Made by a program: the position numbers and the translations under genes. This document shows positions 49,229 through 63,867 of a DNA stretch of 64,000 nucleotides, piece by piece (the first letter of the stretch is position 1; each line of letters opens with the position of its first letter). Source of the stretch: Podarcis filfolensis (taxonomy: Eukaryota); NCBI GenBank assembly GCA_964270895.1, contig OZ185447.1. One strand, written 5' to 3'. The notes beneath the pieces were generated by a model. It worked only from the letters and a program-made list of their open reading frames with translations, was not told where the DNA came from and did no database searches.

Positions 49229-49444
49229 CAGTGGTACCTCAGGTTACAAACACCTCGGGTTACAAACACTTCGGGTTACAGACTCTGCTAACCCGGAAGT
49301 AGTACCTGGGGTTAAGAACTTTACCTCAGGATGAGAACAGAAATCGTGCGCTGGTGGCACTAAGTGGTGCTTCAGGTTAAGAATGGTTTCAGGTTAAGAA
49401 TGGACCTCCAGAACAAATTAAGTTCGTAAGCCGAGATACCACTG
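49229..49444. mobile_element. Tigger-like MITE, orientation B
   Basis: TIRs and TA flanks; inserted in a (TAA)n LINE tail. Confidence 0.88.
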
Positions 49445-49767
49445 TAATATGTTTTGTATCCTTTCAAATGCCATACACTTCACTGAAGGCAGTTCTCACA
49501 GTCATCTTGTATGTTGCCAAGTGAGGGACATGTAAATAATCCCTGATATTTTTCAAGCACAGTCCCAAGTATACAAGGCTCCTGGTTTGATACCATCTTG
49601 CTATACCAGGATAAAACACATATAATACAATGCAGTGTGGCAAGAGTCCTGTTCTGCCATCCAGCAATAGTGCCCAATGATCAGGCTCATGTTGGTTTGC
49701 AAGGGATGGTCTGGACTGTTCGACATGGATGTGCAATAGACGAGCGTCTAACTCCCGCAAAAGCATA

Positions 49768-49860
49768 CAGTGGTACCTCGGGTTTAAGAACTTAATTTGT
49801 TCTGGAGGTCCGTTCTTAACCTGAAACTGTTCTTAACCTGAGGTGCCACTTTAGCTAGCG
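49768..49860. mobile_element. Partial Tigger-like MITE, orientation A
   Basis: Left TIR plus about 90 bp matching the other copies. Confidence 0.8.
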
Positions 49861-50181
49861 GGAGCAAAGTATACGCTTGTGCCATATTGCATATGCGACA
49901 TTCCGTGTCAGAAAGGTGTGGCCTATAGCCCAGAGTTGGGGAACCTGTGGCCCTCCAGGTTGTTGCTGGACTCCAGCTCCCGTCAGCCCCAACAAGCACA
50001 GCTTGATGGTCAGGAATGATGGGAGTTGTAGTCCAGCAACAGCTGGAGGGGCCACCCAGGCTTCCCATCTCTGTTACTGCAGATTAAGCAATAGTTGGCC
50101 TGCTTTGGGGTCAGAGGGCTCAGGATCCCGGGCAGGTTGTCTCTTCCTATGCATGTCCTGTGTTTGTCATCCCCTGTGTAG

Positions 50182-50280
50182 GCACCAACTGAAAGACAGC
50201 TAAGGTACAAAGAGAAAGTAGCGGAGATGAGGAAGAAGAGGAATGCTGGGCTGACTAAGGAGCAGAAGGAAAAGTACATG
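50182..50280 (+). CDS. KAT7: KAT7 exon 7 ([33 protein letters not shown])
   Basis: Manual translation matches; tgtag acceptor; ATG|GTACAG donor; 99 nt. Confidence 0.97.
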
Positions 50281-50574
50281 GTACAGAAGCTTTCTCTCTC
50301 TCTCTCTCTCTCTCTGAGGAGTGTGTGTTTGGCAGAATCAGGCCACCCTTAATGTCATGGCGTATTTCACACCCTGCATAGAGGGAATAGTTAATTTCTA
50401 ACTGCATCTGATCCCAAGATTCTAGGTCATAGTGCTATAGAACCAAAACAAGAATAGACAGCCATCAGCTAAACACTCCTCCAGTTATTTTGATTTGGTT
50501 TGTGAATTCCAGCCTTGCTGCTTCCCATCCCTTCTTGCATGCAGGCCTTCGTGTCCTTTGGCCCTGCGTGAGGC

Positions 50575-50990
50575 CATAGTTGGAAGGGGGGGGCTTATAG
50601 GCCACCCAGCCCAGCCCCCTGTGCAATGTAGAAAATTAAGTGCTGGAGCAACCCCATCCGATTCCTGCCCAGCTTCTGCATTGACAGCCTCCAATAAGGG
50701 AGAGCCCACTGCCTCTTTAGGTAATTGGTTACCTTCCTAAACTCCTCTTACCATTAGGATATTTCTCTTAATGTTCAATCAACATTTATCCTCTAAATCC
50801 ACTGGACTTAGTCCTGCCCTTTTGGACAGCAGAGAACAAGCCTCCACCCTCTTCTGTTGAACAGCCTTTCAAGCAATTGAAGAGAGCTTCCGTAGATTTT
50901 CCCTCTATTCTTCCCTGCCCCCCAGGTTAAACATAGTTCCTTCAACCTCCCCTCGTAGGAGTTGTGTTTTGTACTATATCTGTTGCCTCC
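50575..50990 (-). mobile_element. Degraded CR1 3' fragment
   Basis: Similar to the reverse complement of the 3' part of the CR1 at 18156-19207. Confidence 0.65.
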
Positions 50991-51179
50991 CGGTCCAGCC
51001 GCTCCACTGAGCGGGGAACCTGTAGCCCTCCAGACATTGCGGAACTACAACTCCCACCAGCCTCTTCCAGCAGAGCCAGTGGTCGGGAATGATGGAAGCT
51101 GTAGTCCCAACAACACAGAGGAGGGCTGCCCCTTATCCACAGGCTTCTTAAAATGTGGTACCTAGAACTGGATACAGTA

Positions 51180-51403
51180 CAGTGGTACCTTGGTTCTCAA
51201 ATGGCTTGGCTCTGAAAGAAATTGGCTCCCAAACGCTGCAAACCTGGAAGAAAGTGTTCCTGTTTGCAAACGTCCGACGCAGCTTCCGCTTGAGTGCAGG
51301 AAGCTCCTGCAGCCAATCAGAAGCCGCGCCTTAGTTTTCAAACTGTTTTGGGAGTCGAACAGACTCCCGGAATGGATTGAGTTTGACAACCAAGGTACTA
51401 CTG
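51180..51403. mobile_element. Tigger-like MITE, second subfamily
   Basis: TIRs cagtggtaccttggtt...aaccaaggtactactg with TA flanks. Confidence 0.85.
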
Positions 51404-51649
51404 TATATGCTTCATCTCTATATTGACTCCTTGCTTCTGCACTCACAACAGCCCACAATTCTTCTTGTCTTTATAAGCAATCCTGCATGAAGCTTTCCAG
51501 GCTCCCTCAGCCTTCTACTTCCCTCAGAGCAGGAGCCAGTATAATTTCACTATCCAGCAAGAAAGGGCAGAGAGGGGAGGATGAGGGGATCCACTTTCCC
51601 CAGGACAGGCAAACTATTTCTAAGAGATTATTTCTGCTGTTTATTGTAG

Positions 51650-51760
51650 GAGCACCGGCAAACCTACGGCAACACCAGAGAGCCCCTTCTAGAGAATCTG
51701 ACCAGTGAGTACGACCTCGAGTTATTCCGACGAGCGCAAGCAAGAGCCTCTGAGGATCTG
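51650..51760 (+). CDS. KAT7: KAT7 exon 8 ([37 protein letters not shown])
   Basis: Manual translation matches; ttgtag acceptor; CTG|GTAAGA donor; 111 nt. Confidence 0.97.
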
Positions 51761-52997
51761 GTAAGAGGACTGGGCTGGGTAAGATACACATCCTTCCACC
51801 TTCTAGGCTTGAAGTAAAACCATTTGTACTCTTATTTTTGTACTAAGCTGAGTGTGAATCGCTTGTGACTCCGTTTAGACAGAATCAAACATCTGAGCAA
51901 GGGGTGGGGAGAAGTGAGCAAAAAGAAGAAGTATCTTGGCGTATCTTCAGAGTCTAGAGATGGGCGTCAGCAGTTGTGTATGAATAAATGGTCTCCTTCC
52001 TCAGAAGGGCTCAGAAATTCAACAATATGCATTTCATGGAGGGAGAAAACAGGGTACGGAGAATCTGAGGCAACTGTTACTGGAGGCATTTGGCAGTAGG
52101 CCCTCACCAATCACGGCAGCTGCGAGGGGAGGACAGTTGGGCAGGGGGTAGAAGCTGAATCAGCAGAATGGACAGAGAGAGCTGTGTGGTGTAGAGAATC
52201 TTGGTGGTCTCTCTTGGTTCCTGAGCCTGCGGAGGATTGGAAAAGCAATGATGGATCTTTAACTAGGTCTAGGTTGTGGGTTTCTGACTCCTCAGTTCTG
52301 AGAACAAGGTATTTGAGGAGCTGTATGTGGATTTTTTGTCTTCTGAGTTACTGTTACTACACATGTGCTCAGTATTCCGAGCTTGGCTCAGCCCACTGGT
52401 CCCAATCTTTCAGTTGCTGTTTTTCCTGGGAATCAGAGCTCTTGACCCCACTTTTGTTTGTGGGGATGGGGACCGCAAGCAAGTGCCTCTCCCATTGTTA
52501 CCAGACTTAACCTTGAAGAAATGAGGAGAGGGTCTGTGTTTCCAAGTGCGGGACATGCCCCGCCTCTCCGTTCATTGACGCTTTTAGATTAATGTGAACT
52601 GAAGGCTAAGTGTATTGATGGCAGAACAGCAGAAGGAGATAAAGGAGCACCGTGGAACCATTCACATAGCAGAATGAAAGAAGATTGCCAGCTTCTCATC
52701 TGCTGTGCATCTGCTTATATTTTTAGAGTGTATCTATTGCCCTTCAGGAAACACTTCAAGACAGCTTACAAATAAAACCGTTTTTAAACGTATAGAGGTA
52801 CAGCAGGCCATTTCTTGGAAGCTGGACCGCTTCTGTCTGCTGTGGCCTTGATCAAGGTAAACTACGGTCACTCCCCTATTCTTATCTTAGTGTCTTCTCT
52901 CCACCCCAAAATTTGGCCCTTTCTTGGATGTTTCCACTGCAAACCATTCACTAGATCAGTTAAGGTTTGCTTTTCTTTTTTATCGTATCTTTCTTTA

Positions 52998-53238
52998 CAG
53001 TGGTACATTGGTTTAAGAACAGCTTAGTTTATGAACAACTTGGATTAAGAACGCTGCAAACCCGGAAGTAGGTGTTTTGGTTTGTAAACTTTGCCTTGGA
53101 AGCAGGACATGTTCTGCTTCCTGTTGAGCGTAAATTGAGTGTCCCGCTGCTATGGGAAAGCACGCCTTGGTTTAAGAACGTTTTGGTTTAAGAATGGATT
53201 TCCGGAATAGATTAAGTTCATAAACCAAGGTACCACTG
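52998..53238. mobile_element. Tigger-like MITE, short derivative of the 55780 element
   Basis: TIRs and TA flanks; left end is the reverse complement of about 56510-56648. Confidence 0.85.
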
Positions 53239-55043
53239 TATTTGCAATTTAGATCACTCATAAACAGTGATTCGTACACAGCTGATTTTGTTTTTTGTTT
53301 TTACACTCTCCCCACCAGCATCAAATATCTATTTAGTTTTCCCTCCTTGTTGGAGGGGGGCAGGTGAATTCTATGTCTTTGACCAGAGTTTCGAGCTTTT
53401 TTTGGACTACGGCTCCCATCATCCCTGACCACTGGACCTGTTAGCTAGGGATGATGGGAGTTGTAGTCTCAAAACAGCTGGACACCCAAGTTTGGGAAAC
53501 CCTGTCTTGGATGAAGGGCAGTTATTAAAGACATTGCAGTTGCAGTTGGAGGGAGCCTAATGCAGTGTAAGAGCTCTGACAAATGTCACATAATGTTTTG
53601 CATTGGCCCCTTTTTAGATTTGTGATGAAACAATCAAAGCATATTTCCCAATGAGACCAACCTCTCAAACCGTTTTCTTTTTTTCTAAAAAAATAATAAT
53701 TAAGAAAATGCTAACAAAGGGCACATTTAAAAAAATGACAACGAAGAGGCGTGCGGAAAGTGGACCGATCAATTGTGTGGGAAAGCTCCAGCAGCAGAAC
53801 AAGTTTTTTTAACCTGCCGATGGCAGCAGAACGTGGATTCGGTCGGACCGGGGCTATGTCAGCTGAATGGCAGTTTCGCTGTAGATGCACTGGTCCTGCC
53901 AAAGGACCTCCAGAGAGAAAATGCCTAGAGAGAAAAGACGATGCTTTTGAAACCTCACTGCCTATCTGGAGATGCAGGTTTTAGGTTGCTTGAGGCTTAA
54001 GCTACGTCTTAAGCGGAGTTGCATCATTCTGCTTCTTTCTCAAACTCAAAGCAGGCTGGGGTGGGAGACTGTGGCTGAGAAGACATTCAGGTGGGAATAC
54101 GCATCCTTTCCCTCCTGGTCCTTTCCCAGCTCAAAACCTCCCTCCCCAAGCTTATTTTCCACTTGAAGAGGATGGGGTGGCTCCTTCCCACCTCCCCAGA
54201 GTGAAAAAGCAGCTTGAGTACAGCAATTTTGAGCTGCAAGATGACGAGAGCGCCATGGGTTAAGCAGGCTCTCTTGGCCTGCCCGTTTTCTGCTCAAAGC
54301 AGACCAAGCTGCTTAAGGTTTAAATAGAAAAGAAAAAAAGCCTGGAGGAAAGAATTGCAGAACTGCATGTGCCATAATCTTTGGAAGCCAAGATATGCAG
54401 ACGTATATGCCCAGCCTCACTGTTTCTGAGCCAGCATTTCTTGGCCCTGCTGTTGGGATGTGGATGGCTGTGTTGATGTGCCCCCAAGGACCGGCGCTGA
54501 AAAGTGTGAGAAGATGAAACAGCTTCGTAAGTGTTCTCATTTAGAAGAAGTGACACTTTCTTTCTGCGGTGACAGTTACACTGAGCGCGGGCCTCCACCT
54601 CGCTGTCTTTCGCTGCGTAAGGAGGTGCCAGACTTCCGAAAGCAGTTGCCGGAGGTGCAGTCTGCATCTCTTTGGTTTCCCAGCTTAGAGAGTGCCAGAA
54701 GCCCTGGGGCAAGAGAATGGATCCTTTTTCATGTTTGATTGAAGCTCATTTGATGCTTTCCTTGTGATATGACCCTTCAGGCCCATGCTTCTCCCCCAAA
54801 AGATTAGGGAGAGACTTCTGGCAAACGTAGATCAAAGCATACACAGCAAATCAAAAGGGGCAAGTACACCGTGGTTGGCAATCCAGTGTGGCTTATCTTG
54901 GGGTTCTGCTGAGAGTGGACCACCACTTCCAGAATAATGCTTTGGTACTTTTGTTAAGTCACGTGGAAGTGCTGAGCCCCCTATTCCACGTGGCCACGGC
55001 GGCTTTGAGAACAGCACTTTCTTCAGATTTGTGTTTGGAGTTA

Positions 55044-55261
55044 CAGTGGTACCTCGGGTTACATGCGCTTCAGGTTACACACTCCGCTAACCCAGAAATA
55101 GTGCTTCAGGTTAAGAACTTTTCTTCAGGTGGAGAACAGAAATCGTGCTCCGGCAGCAGCAGGAGGCCCCATTAGCTAAAGTGGTGCTTCAGGTTAAGAA
55201 CAGTTTCAGGTTAAGTACAGACCTCCGGAACGAATTAAGTACTTAACCTGAGGTACCACTG
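55044..55261. mobile_element. Tigger-like MITE, orientation B
   Basis: TIRs and TA flanks. Confidence 0.9.
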
Positions 55262-55779
55262 TAATCTGAAAAAGACTGCAAGCTGCAGGGACCTCCAAGC
55301 TTTCTGCATTATTCAGGTCTTGGGGAGGGGAGCTTATTAACTGGCCTTCCAGATTTCCCGTCTCCAACGGCTAACTGTGATCAGAGCTGCACAGCGGATC
55401 AGGTTAACCACCGTGATGCCAGGGAGCCATGATTTACCACCAACTTCCTCCCCACAACCCCAGTCCTCGAGCTTCAGCGTTAAAAGCTACACATATGCCA
55501 GCTCACCTCCGCTGCTGTGCCTCCATCTTGTTCACAACGAGAGAGGAAGAAAATACGCACAGGCTTCGAAAATGAAAGGCAAGCGGGCAGTGTCTCCGGA
55601 TTTTTCTCAGGACTTCTGAAAACCAGGCCCAGGATGTAAAGCACCAAGTCAATGTGGTCCAGGGCAGAGGGAAATCACAGAGCCCCAATAGCTGCTTGTT
55701 AACCACGCCTTCACCCGCTTGTGCCCTCCTGCATCCTCAAGGAATCCTGCCTCCATTGAATGCCATTCAGGGGAATGTG

Positions 55780-56648
55780 GGTGGTACCTGGGTTTACGAA
55801 CTTAATCCATTCCGTAAGTCTGTTCTTAAACCAAAGCGTTCTTAACCAAGGCCTGCTTTCTCATAGAAAGTAATGGAAAATGGATCTAGACAATGCAAAA
55901 CAACCCCTAAAACAGCAATTTAATATGAACTTTACTATCTAACACAGGCATAGGCAAACTCGGCCCTCCAGATGTTTTGAGACTACAATTCCCATCATCC
56001 CTGACCACTGGGTCCTGTTAGCTAGGGATGATGGGAGTTGTAGTCCCAAAACATCTGGAGGGTCGCGTTTGCCTATGCCTGATCTAACGAGACCATTGTT
56101 CCATAAAATGAAAGCAATAATCAATGTACTGTACTATAAAATAAATAAAACAGTATTGTAGATTAAATAAATTAAAATTACTTTTTTTTCTTATGTGCAC
56201 TGATGATAGTCATTGTTTGGATGGGGGGCTTTTATCCATTTCTGCAGTCACACAATCAACCAGTAGCTGAACTCACACAGTCATAAAAACAAGTCACAAA
56301 AGCGAAGTCACAAGACAGTCCCATAAAATAAAGAACAAGTCGCAGTAAAAAAAATGAAAAAGCCACACAAACAAAAATGCAAAAAAATAGTAATAGCAAA
56401 ACCAAAAGCTCCAAATATCACCTCTGTGTTGCGTGGGTGCTTGGTACTCAACAGCTGACAGACCCAACAGGAAGCCTTTGATTAACAGCGGGGGACTCAA
56501 TTCACAAACAGAAGACACTCGACAGGAAGCGGAACATGTTCTGCTTCCAAGGCAAAGTTCACAAACCAAAACATCTACTTCCGGGTTTGCAGCGCTCTTA
56601 TTCCAAGTTGTTCATAAACTAAGCTGTTCTAAAACCAAGGTACCTCTG
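55780..56648. mobile_element. Longer Tigger-like non-autonomous element with a nested hAT MITE (55945-56081)
   Basis: Termini gtggtacctgggttt...aaaccaaggtacctctg; nested element with TSD atctaaca/atctaacg. Confidence 0.8.
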
Positions 56649-57970
56649 TACCTGGGACACAGACCCTGCAAATACAGAGAAGCGTGAAGACATTGAGTGA
56701 ACACTGAATAGAGCTCTTTGAATTGTTATTTTTTTAACTTGCCAAAAGACTCCTATAAGACCCCCAAACACACTGGGAAATTTTATACCGTGAGAACATT
56801 TTAAATCCTTACCACAGGGATGGGCTGGAGTGTGTCCTGGGACTCTGATGATACTTGTTGTTTGCCTGGCTGTAGGATGATGATGATAATGATGATGATT
56901 ATTTGGTATATAAGCCGCCCACCAGACTGGGTTACCCTGCCACTCTGAGGGGCGTCCAACAAACTAAAACACAACAAATCAAACATTAAAAAGTCTGTAT
57001 AGAGGGACGGGTGAATGTGAAAAAACCTTCACTACTGCACAAAGGTGAAAATGACATGTTTTGCTCTGTCTGCATTTGCCTCTGGTCTCATCCCCCACGA
57101 TCATGTGATCCCAGAAGGTTGTTCAGAAGGGAATGACCATCTGCCATGGATGCTTTAGCTGAGATTAACAGGGGGTTGGACTAGATGACCCTTGGGTCCC
57201 TTCCAGCATTCTATGAATGTTGCCCTCAGGCTGAAGACAATTCCCTCCACAGCTGTTCTCAAGGCACCATAGTGAGAAAGAGGAGACAGAGGCTGCGGCT
57301 GCTGTCCTCTACTAGACACCTTCACATTGAATTTACACACATGGGCTTGATCCAGCCTAAATTAGCTTGCCGTCCTATGTGCACTAAACTGGGGTTAATA
57401 CCCATTGAAATCATTGGGGCTGAATAGACATGGCCAGGGTGTGAACTTGAATGCCTTTGAAATCATTGGATCCAGCTAGTCTTGACTTTTAAGTTCCATG
57501 GATTTGAAAGCGCAGTTAACTTGGGAAGGATCCAGACCGTAGTTGGCCAATTCCGTACAGTATTTCACAAGCTGCAGAGTTCAGTTTCCTAACAGTTTCA
57601 GTTTTCTGTTTGCAGCAAGTTTGTAGACCTTAAGGCTAAATAAAGAGAGACTTGAATGTGGGTGGGGCAATTTGCATTTCCAAAGATCGGAGTGGGGCTT
57701 TGATGCTTTTTATAGCTCTGCCGCTCCCTGCGATTAGTGAAACAAACTGCAAAATAAGCAACTCCGCATAAATTTCCTTAATCTGTGCTATCACTTATAC
57801 AAAACTCAGTTCTTCCCGATACTGGAGTTTGTTTTGATTGCAGAGGAGTTTTTGGGGTGGGTGGGAATGTTTTCTCTTCTCACATGGGCCTAGCATAGAT
57901 CGTACGAATAAATAGCATGGTGAACTGTTTCTTTTTTTAAATAATTTTGATTCCCCTTCTCTCTCAATAG

Positions 57971-58162
57971 GAAAAGCTGCGACTTCAGGGCCAGATCACA
58001 GAAGGGAGCAACATGATCAAGACGATTGCTTTTGGCCGCTATGAGCTGGACACATGGTACCATTCTCCCTACCCAGAGGAGTATGCGCGACTGGGGCGCC
58101 TCTACATGTGCGAGTTCTGCCTCAAATACATGAAGAGCCAGACGATACTACGCAGGCACATG
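57971..58162 (+). CDS. KAT7: KAT7 exon 9 (start of the MYST domain with C2HC finger: [38 protein letters not shown]...[18 protein letters not shown])
   Basis: MYST signature; caatag acceptor; ATG|GTAAGC donor; 192 nt. Confidence 0.98.
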
Positions 58163-58354
58163 GTAAGCTTTGGGCACACCGCCTTTTTATTGGCTGAGCA
58201 GAAAATGTGTAGCTGCTTCTGCTGCTATGTTATTGTGCCCCCTAGTAAGTAGCTCGTTCTTCCCCTTGCGATTCTCTCTTCCGCCTCTTTGTGCTTCTGA
58301 TGCCGCTGGCCACACTAGGCAACCGTGCTAATGCTTGTGCAATGCTCTCCGTAG

Positions 58355-58729
<375 letters not shown>

Positions 58730-58845
58730 TAAGACCTTCCAAAACCTGGATATGGTACCGGTCATTATATTTGTGTAACTCCATTGCCTTTGAGGGTATT
58801 AGACAGGTAGTCTTGCCTGGCTTACTATTGTCCACAGAACTCCAG

Positions 58846-58894
<49 letters not shown>

Positions 58895-59423
58895 TACTAA
58901 ATGTATATGCTTGTGCATGCTTGAAGCAGACGTTCTCTCAGACTACCACAGTTTCTTTAAATAATTATATGCCACTCATTGACTAGGTTGCCCCAGCCAC
59001 TCTGGGTGACTCCCAACAGAATATTAAAAACACAAACATCAAACATTACAAACATCCCTTTACAGGGCAGCCTTCAGTTATCTTCTAAACTCTGGCTGGT
59101 TCACTGCAACCTCACTTCTCGCAATGAGGGAACCGCCAGAAGGCCCTCAGAGCTGCACCTCAGTGTCTGGGCTGAATGATGGGGGTGGAGATGCTTCTTC
59201 AGGTCTGCAGGTCAGAGGCTGCTTAGGGCTTCAAAGGTCAGCACCAACACTTTGAATTGTGCTTGGAAGCATACTGGGACCAGTGCCAGAAAACCAGAGA
59301 GGGGCCACTCACAGCTTCAAAGAAGTAGATTTGGCCAAAGAGATTTTTCAGGATTTGGGGGCAGTGAGAGTGGTGCCTAGAATTGGCCACCTCTTCCCAA
59401 CACATCCTTGACATGTCTTCTGA

Positions 59424-59633
<210 letters not shown>

Positions 59634-60148
59634 TAAATCAGAATGACGGGCCTGCTCTGGAGAGGGGGTTCAAAGGCTGGGCACTGAATCTGTAAGAGTT
59701 GGTTCGTGAGATATAGTTAACAGCAGAAAGCAAGCTTATAGTCCAAAGACAAATCAAAGCCAGGCTGCTTACTGGAATCTTATTCAGGCTTTGTTACAAG
59801 TGCGAACTTCTGGTGCCAAACAAAGCCAGTTATTCTTGGTATTCATGAGGCTCCTCCACCCCACTTATAGTTGCATGTGCAAACACCTGCTTCCAGTAAC
59901 ATTCATAAGAGTTGGGTTTCGGTGGTATATTACTCAGAAATCAGGGCTTTGAATGTGCTCTTGCATTGTGTGGCAGGGAGCACCACACACACACCCCGTC
60001 TTAGATCCACAGTGGGATCAGTTCTGACTATAAATCTGCTGAGATTTCTTGAAAAGACTGTTGGGTGGGTGGTGGTTCTGCTCATTGGTTTGCTGGCTTA
60101 GAATTGGATCAACATCAGGTTTGTGGACTGAATCTTCATCTTTTAAAC

Positions 60149-60284
60149 CAGTGGTGGCCAAACTTGGCCCTCCAGCTTTTGGGGGACTACAGTTCCCATC
60201 ATGCCTGACCACTGGTCCTGTTAGCTAGGGATGATGGGAGTTGTAGTCCAAAAACAGCTGGAGGGCCAAGTTTGGCCACCACTG
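60149..60284. mobile_element. Palindromic 136-bp hAT MITE with perfect TSD TTTTAAAC
   Basis: Almost the whole element is an inverted repeat; 8-bp TSD at 60141-60148 and 60285-60292. Related copies near 3168, 19683, 22040, 23773, 26400, 38150, 44125, 49932, 51015, 53384, 55945 and 61704. Confidence 0.92.
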
Positions 60285-61025
60285 TTTTAAACAGAGAAGG
60301 TGGCTTCTAGCCTGCTCCTCAGTAAGGGCTTGTTAGCCCAGGCAGCCAAACTCCATCTCAATCTTAGTCTCTGTTTTGTTGACAGGAATATTGCAAGTCT
60401 AGGTGTGATGTGAGGATAAATGAAGGCCTGGTGTGGGCTCTGTTGGTTACTTTACATTTGACCTGAATTCCCAGATACAGTGCTTTGTCATGCTGATCAA
60501 AATAGAGCACAGGAACAATTTGAATTTCACTTTCTCTGGCAGTGTGAGAGGCCATTTTCCAAAACGGCGGTTAGAACTATTGATTCTGTTAATACTTTGG
60601 TCTCTGACAAGTGCAGCATGGCCACTAGGAGTGCTAAATCAAAAAACTTTAATGGTTTGCCATTAGAAGTGCAGCACTTTCAAGTTTTTGCCTCGTGCAT
60701 TTTTACATGATAGGTTGGTAAAATCACCGTTTTGGTACCGTTTTAGTAAAGGATTAAACAAACAAAATCTGTAAGAGAAATGGACTGTTTTGCCCAACTC
60801 TCAGTTTGTGCGGGTTTTGAACACAGAACCCTGAGCAATAGAGACGATGCCTGTCTAAAATTCAAGGGGAGGGAGTTCGAAAGAGTAGAGGCCACCACAC
60901 TAAAGTCCCAATTTGTATATCCTATGGAACAGACCTCCTAATAAGATGGTATCTGCAGGATGCCCTCTCATAAAGCGTGCAGTGATAGATTGGGCATAAG
61001 AAGGGGTAAGACAGTCTTTTAGGTA

Positions 61026-61267
61026 CAGTGGTACCTCGGGTTACATACGCTTCGGGTTACATACGCTTCAGGTTACACACTCCGCTAACCCAGAAATAGT
61101 TCTTCAGGTTAAGAACTTTGCTTCAGGATGAGAACAGAAATTGTGCTCCCGCAGTGTGGCAGCAGCAGGAGGCCCCATTAGCTAAAGTGGTGCTTCAGGT
61201 TAAGAACAGTTTCAAGTTAAGTATGGACCTCTGGAACGAATTAAGTTCTTAACCCGAGGTACCACTG
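61026..61267. mobile_element. Tigger-like MITE, orientation B
   Basis: TIRs and TA flanks. Confidence 0.9.
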
Positions 61268-62086
61268 TATCCTGGTCCCAAGCTGTACAGGGCTTTGTAG
61301 AAGCACCTCGAACCTAGCTCTTCTGTGCATCCTGTTACAGGTATTAAGGATGAAGTTGAATGTTACGATCACTCACTTCCTTTTCCAGTTTGGCATTTCC
61401 CCTCACAAATAGTTTGGAATCTACTCATCGCCCAGGCAGACATTTGGGAGAAACTGCCGCCACAGCCAAACAAGGCCAATTCAAGTTGTCTCTGAATGAG
61501 CTTATATCAAAAGAGCTTTCGCTGGCATTTCCAAGACCTGAGGGGAGCTGATGTTTGAGAAATGCAGGCCCAAAACCGGGGTAGAGAATCTGTTTCAGCC
61601 CGTGGGTCACATTCCCTAGCAGGTAGGACAAGAGGGTGGAGCCAAAGATGTTGCTTTTGTATACAGAAGACCGCTTTCTTCACCCACACCTGTCCATCTA
61701 GGTCGGGCATCCCCAAACTCAGCGCTCCAGCTGTTTTCGGACTACAACTCCCATCATCCCTAGCTAACAGGACCAGTGGTCAGGAATGATGGGAATTGTA
61801 GTCCCCAAATAGCTGGAGGGCCGAGTTTGGGGATGTCTGATCTAGGCAAGCAAGAGACATAGTCACCATTCAAGGACGCATTCCAGTCAAACAAAACCGT
61901 TCAGAGAGGGTGCAGAGCAGGACCAGTGAGGAGTGTGGCCTGGGAAGAGTCTTGAAGACCCCATAGAGAGGCCTTGAAGGTCACATTGAACTCCTGGTCC
62001 CGAGGTTCCCCATCCCTGGTCTCAAGGCTCCTTGGGCGTCCAGGACTAGCTTTGTGATTCTTTGCATTGCAGCCATTCTGTTTTGA

Positions 62087-62371
<285 letters not shown>

Positions 62372-62819
62372 TGAGGGGTTTTTTAACGCAACATGGTTGT
62401 TAGGGTTATAACTTTTTGACTTTTTTTCTTCAAAACAATGATTTCCTGTATCATATAGGGATGAACTTTTGCTTGAAAACACTAAGCACTTAGGGACTAA
62501 TTCTTCTCAGTTGTGAAAAAAAGGTCACCCCGAAATGAAAGTTGGAATCGCTGTATATGTAATGTTACTACTCATAAGTATTAGCACTTTTAAAAACTTT
62601 ATGGAACTGTTTAGGACTTTTACAGCTGTCTGGAACTTCCTGAAACTGTATTGGAGAATCACTGGAAGCAGGAGTCATCTGTACTCCAGATACCAAGAAG
62701 TAATCAATGCGCAATCAAAGCGATGCGGAAACTTTACGGTGCTTGCGGCAGAAACAAAACAAACTGCAACCTTGGTTTATTCTAAGCAATAAGAAGTAAT
62801 GCATAATGTACATTATGTG

Positions 62820-62933
62820 GCGCAGCAGCAGCAGGAGGCCCCATTAGCTAAAGTGGTGCTTCAGGTTAAGAACAGTTTCAGGTTAAGAACAGACCTCCAG
62901 AACGAATTAAGTTCTTAACCTGAGGTACCACTG
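62820..62933. mobile_element. Partial Tigger-like MITE, orientation B
   Basis: Right half including the TIR. Confidence 0.8.
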
Positions 62934-63408
62934 TATTGTAATATATGCTATGCATATTACATAATGCATTATAAAGTTGCATATACAAAAATCAATTAAT
63001 TGATTTTGGGGGGACCTTTTTTCAAGAGTTTTGGAAATGAAAGTTCATTCCTTTGTTTTTAGGTAAAAGTTCATCTAACTAATCTTAATGGAACATGAGG
63101 TTGTAAAAAAGTTATTACGCTAGTGGCCGTATGACCAGGTTCTCAGGGCTGTTAAGAGGTAAATAAACATGGTAGCTGCTTTCTTAGCAATCACTATCTT
63201 TCCATAACAAACCCTTTTGGTCGAGGGCCTGTTAGCTTGGAAGTAAAATTTGGCCACCTCCAAAATAAGGTTGCTTCTGCATTTTTCAGAGGTGCTTCAT
63301 CTTTGCAGTAGCACAAGCTTTTGTGATGTTAAAAGAAAATAACTTTTTTAAAAAGACTTTAAAACGAAACTGCCTGACAGGGAGCCAAGAGCTTTTGACA
63401 GCAGCTAG

Positions 63409-63621
<213 letters not shown>

Positions 63622-63822
63622 TAGATGTTCCTCCCCAGTGCATCAGTAGCAAACAGCACCTTTTTAAAACAACAACAGCAACCCTTCTAGTCCAGGGGTC
63701 GGCAGTTTTACTGGCCCACAAGCCACTCCTGAACCAAGCCGCCTGCTCAGCAAGTTCCCCACGCGCAGTGTGGTGCAGGGACTTGCTGAGCGGCGCAGGA
63801 AATTGCATCTGCGCACACACAC

Positions 63823-63867
<45 letters not shown>

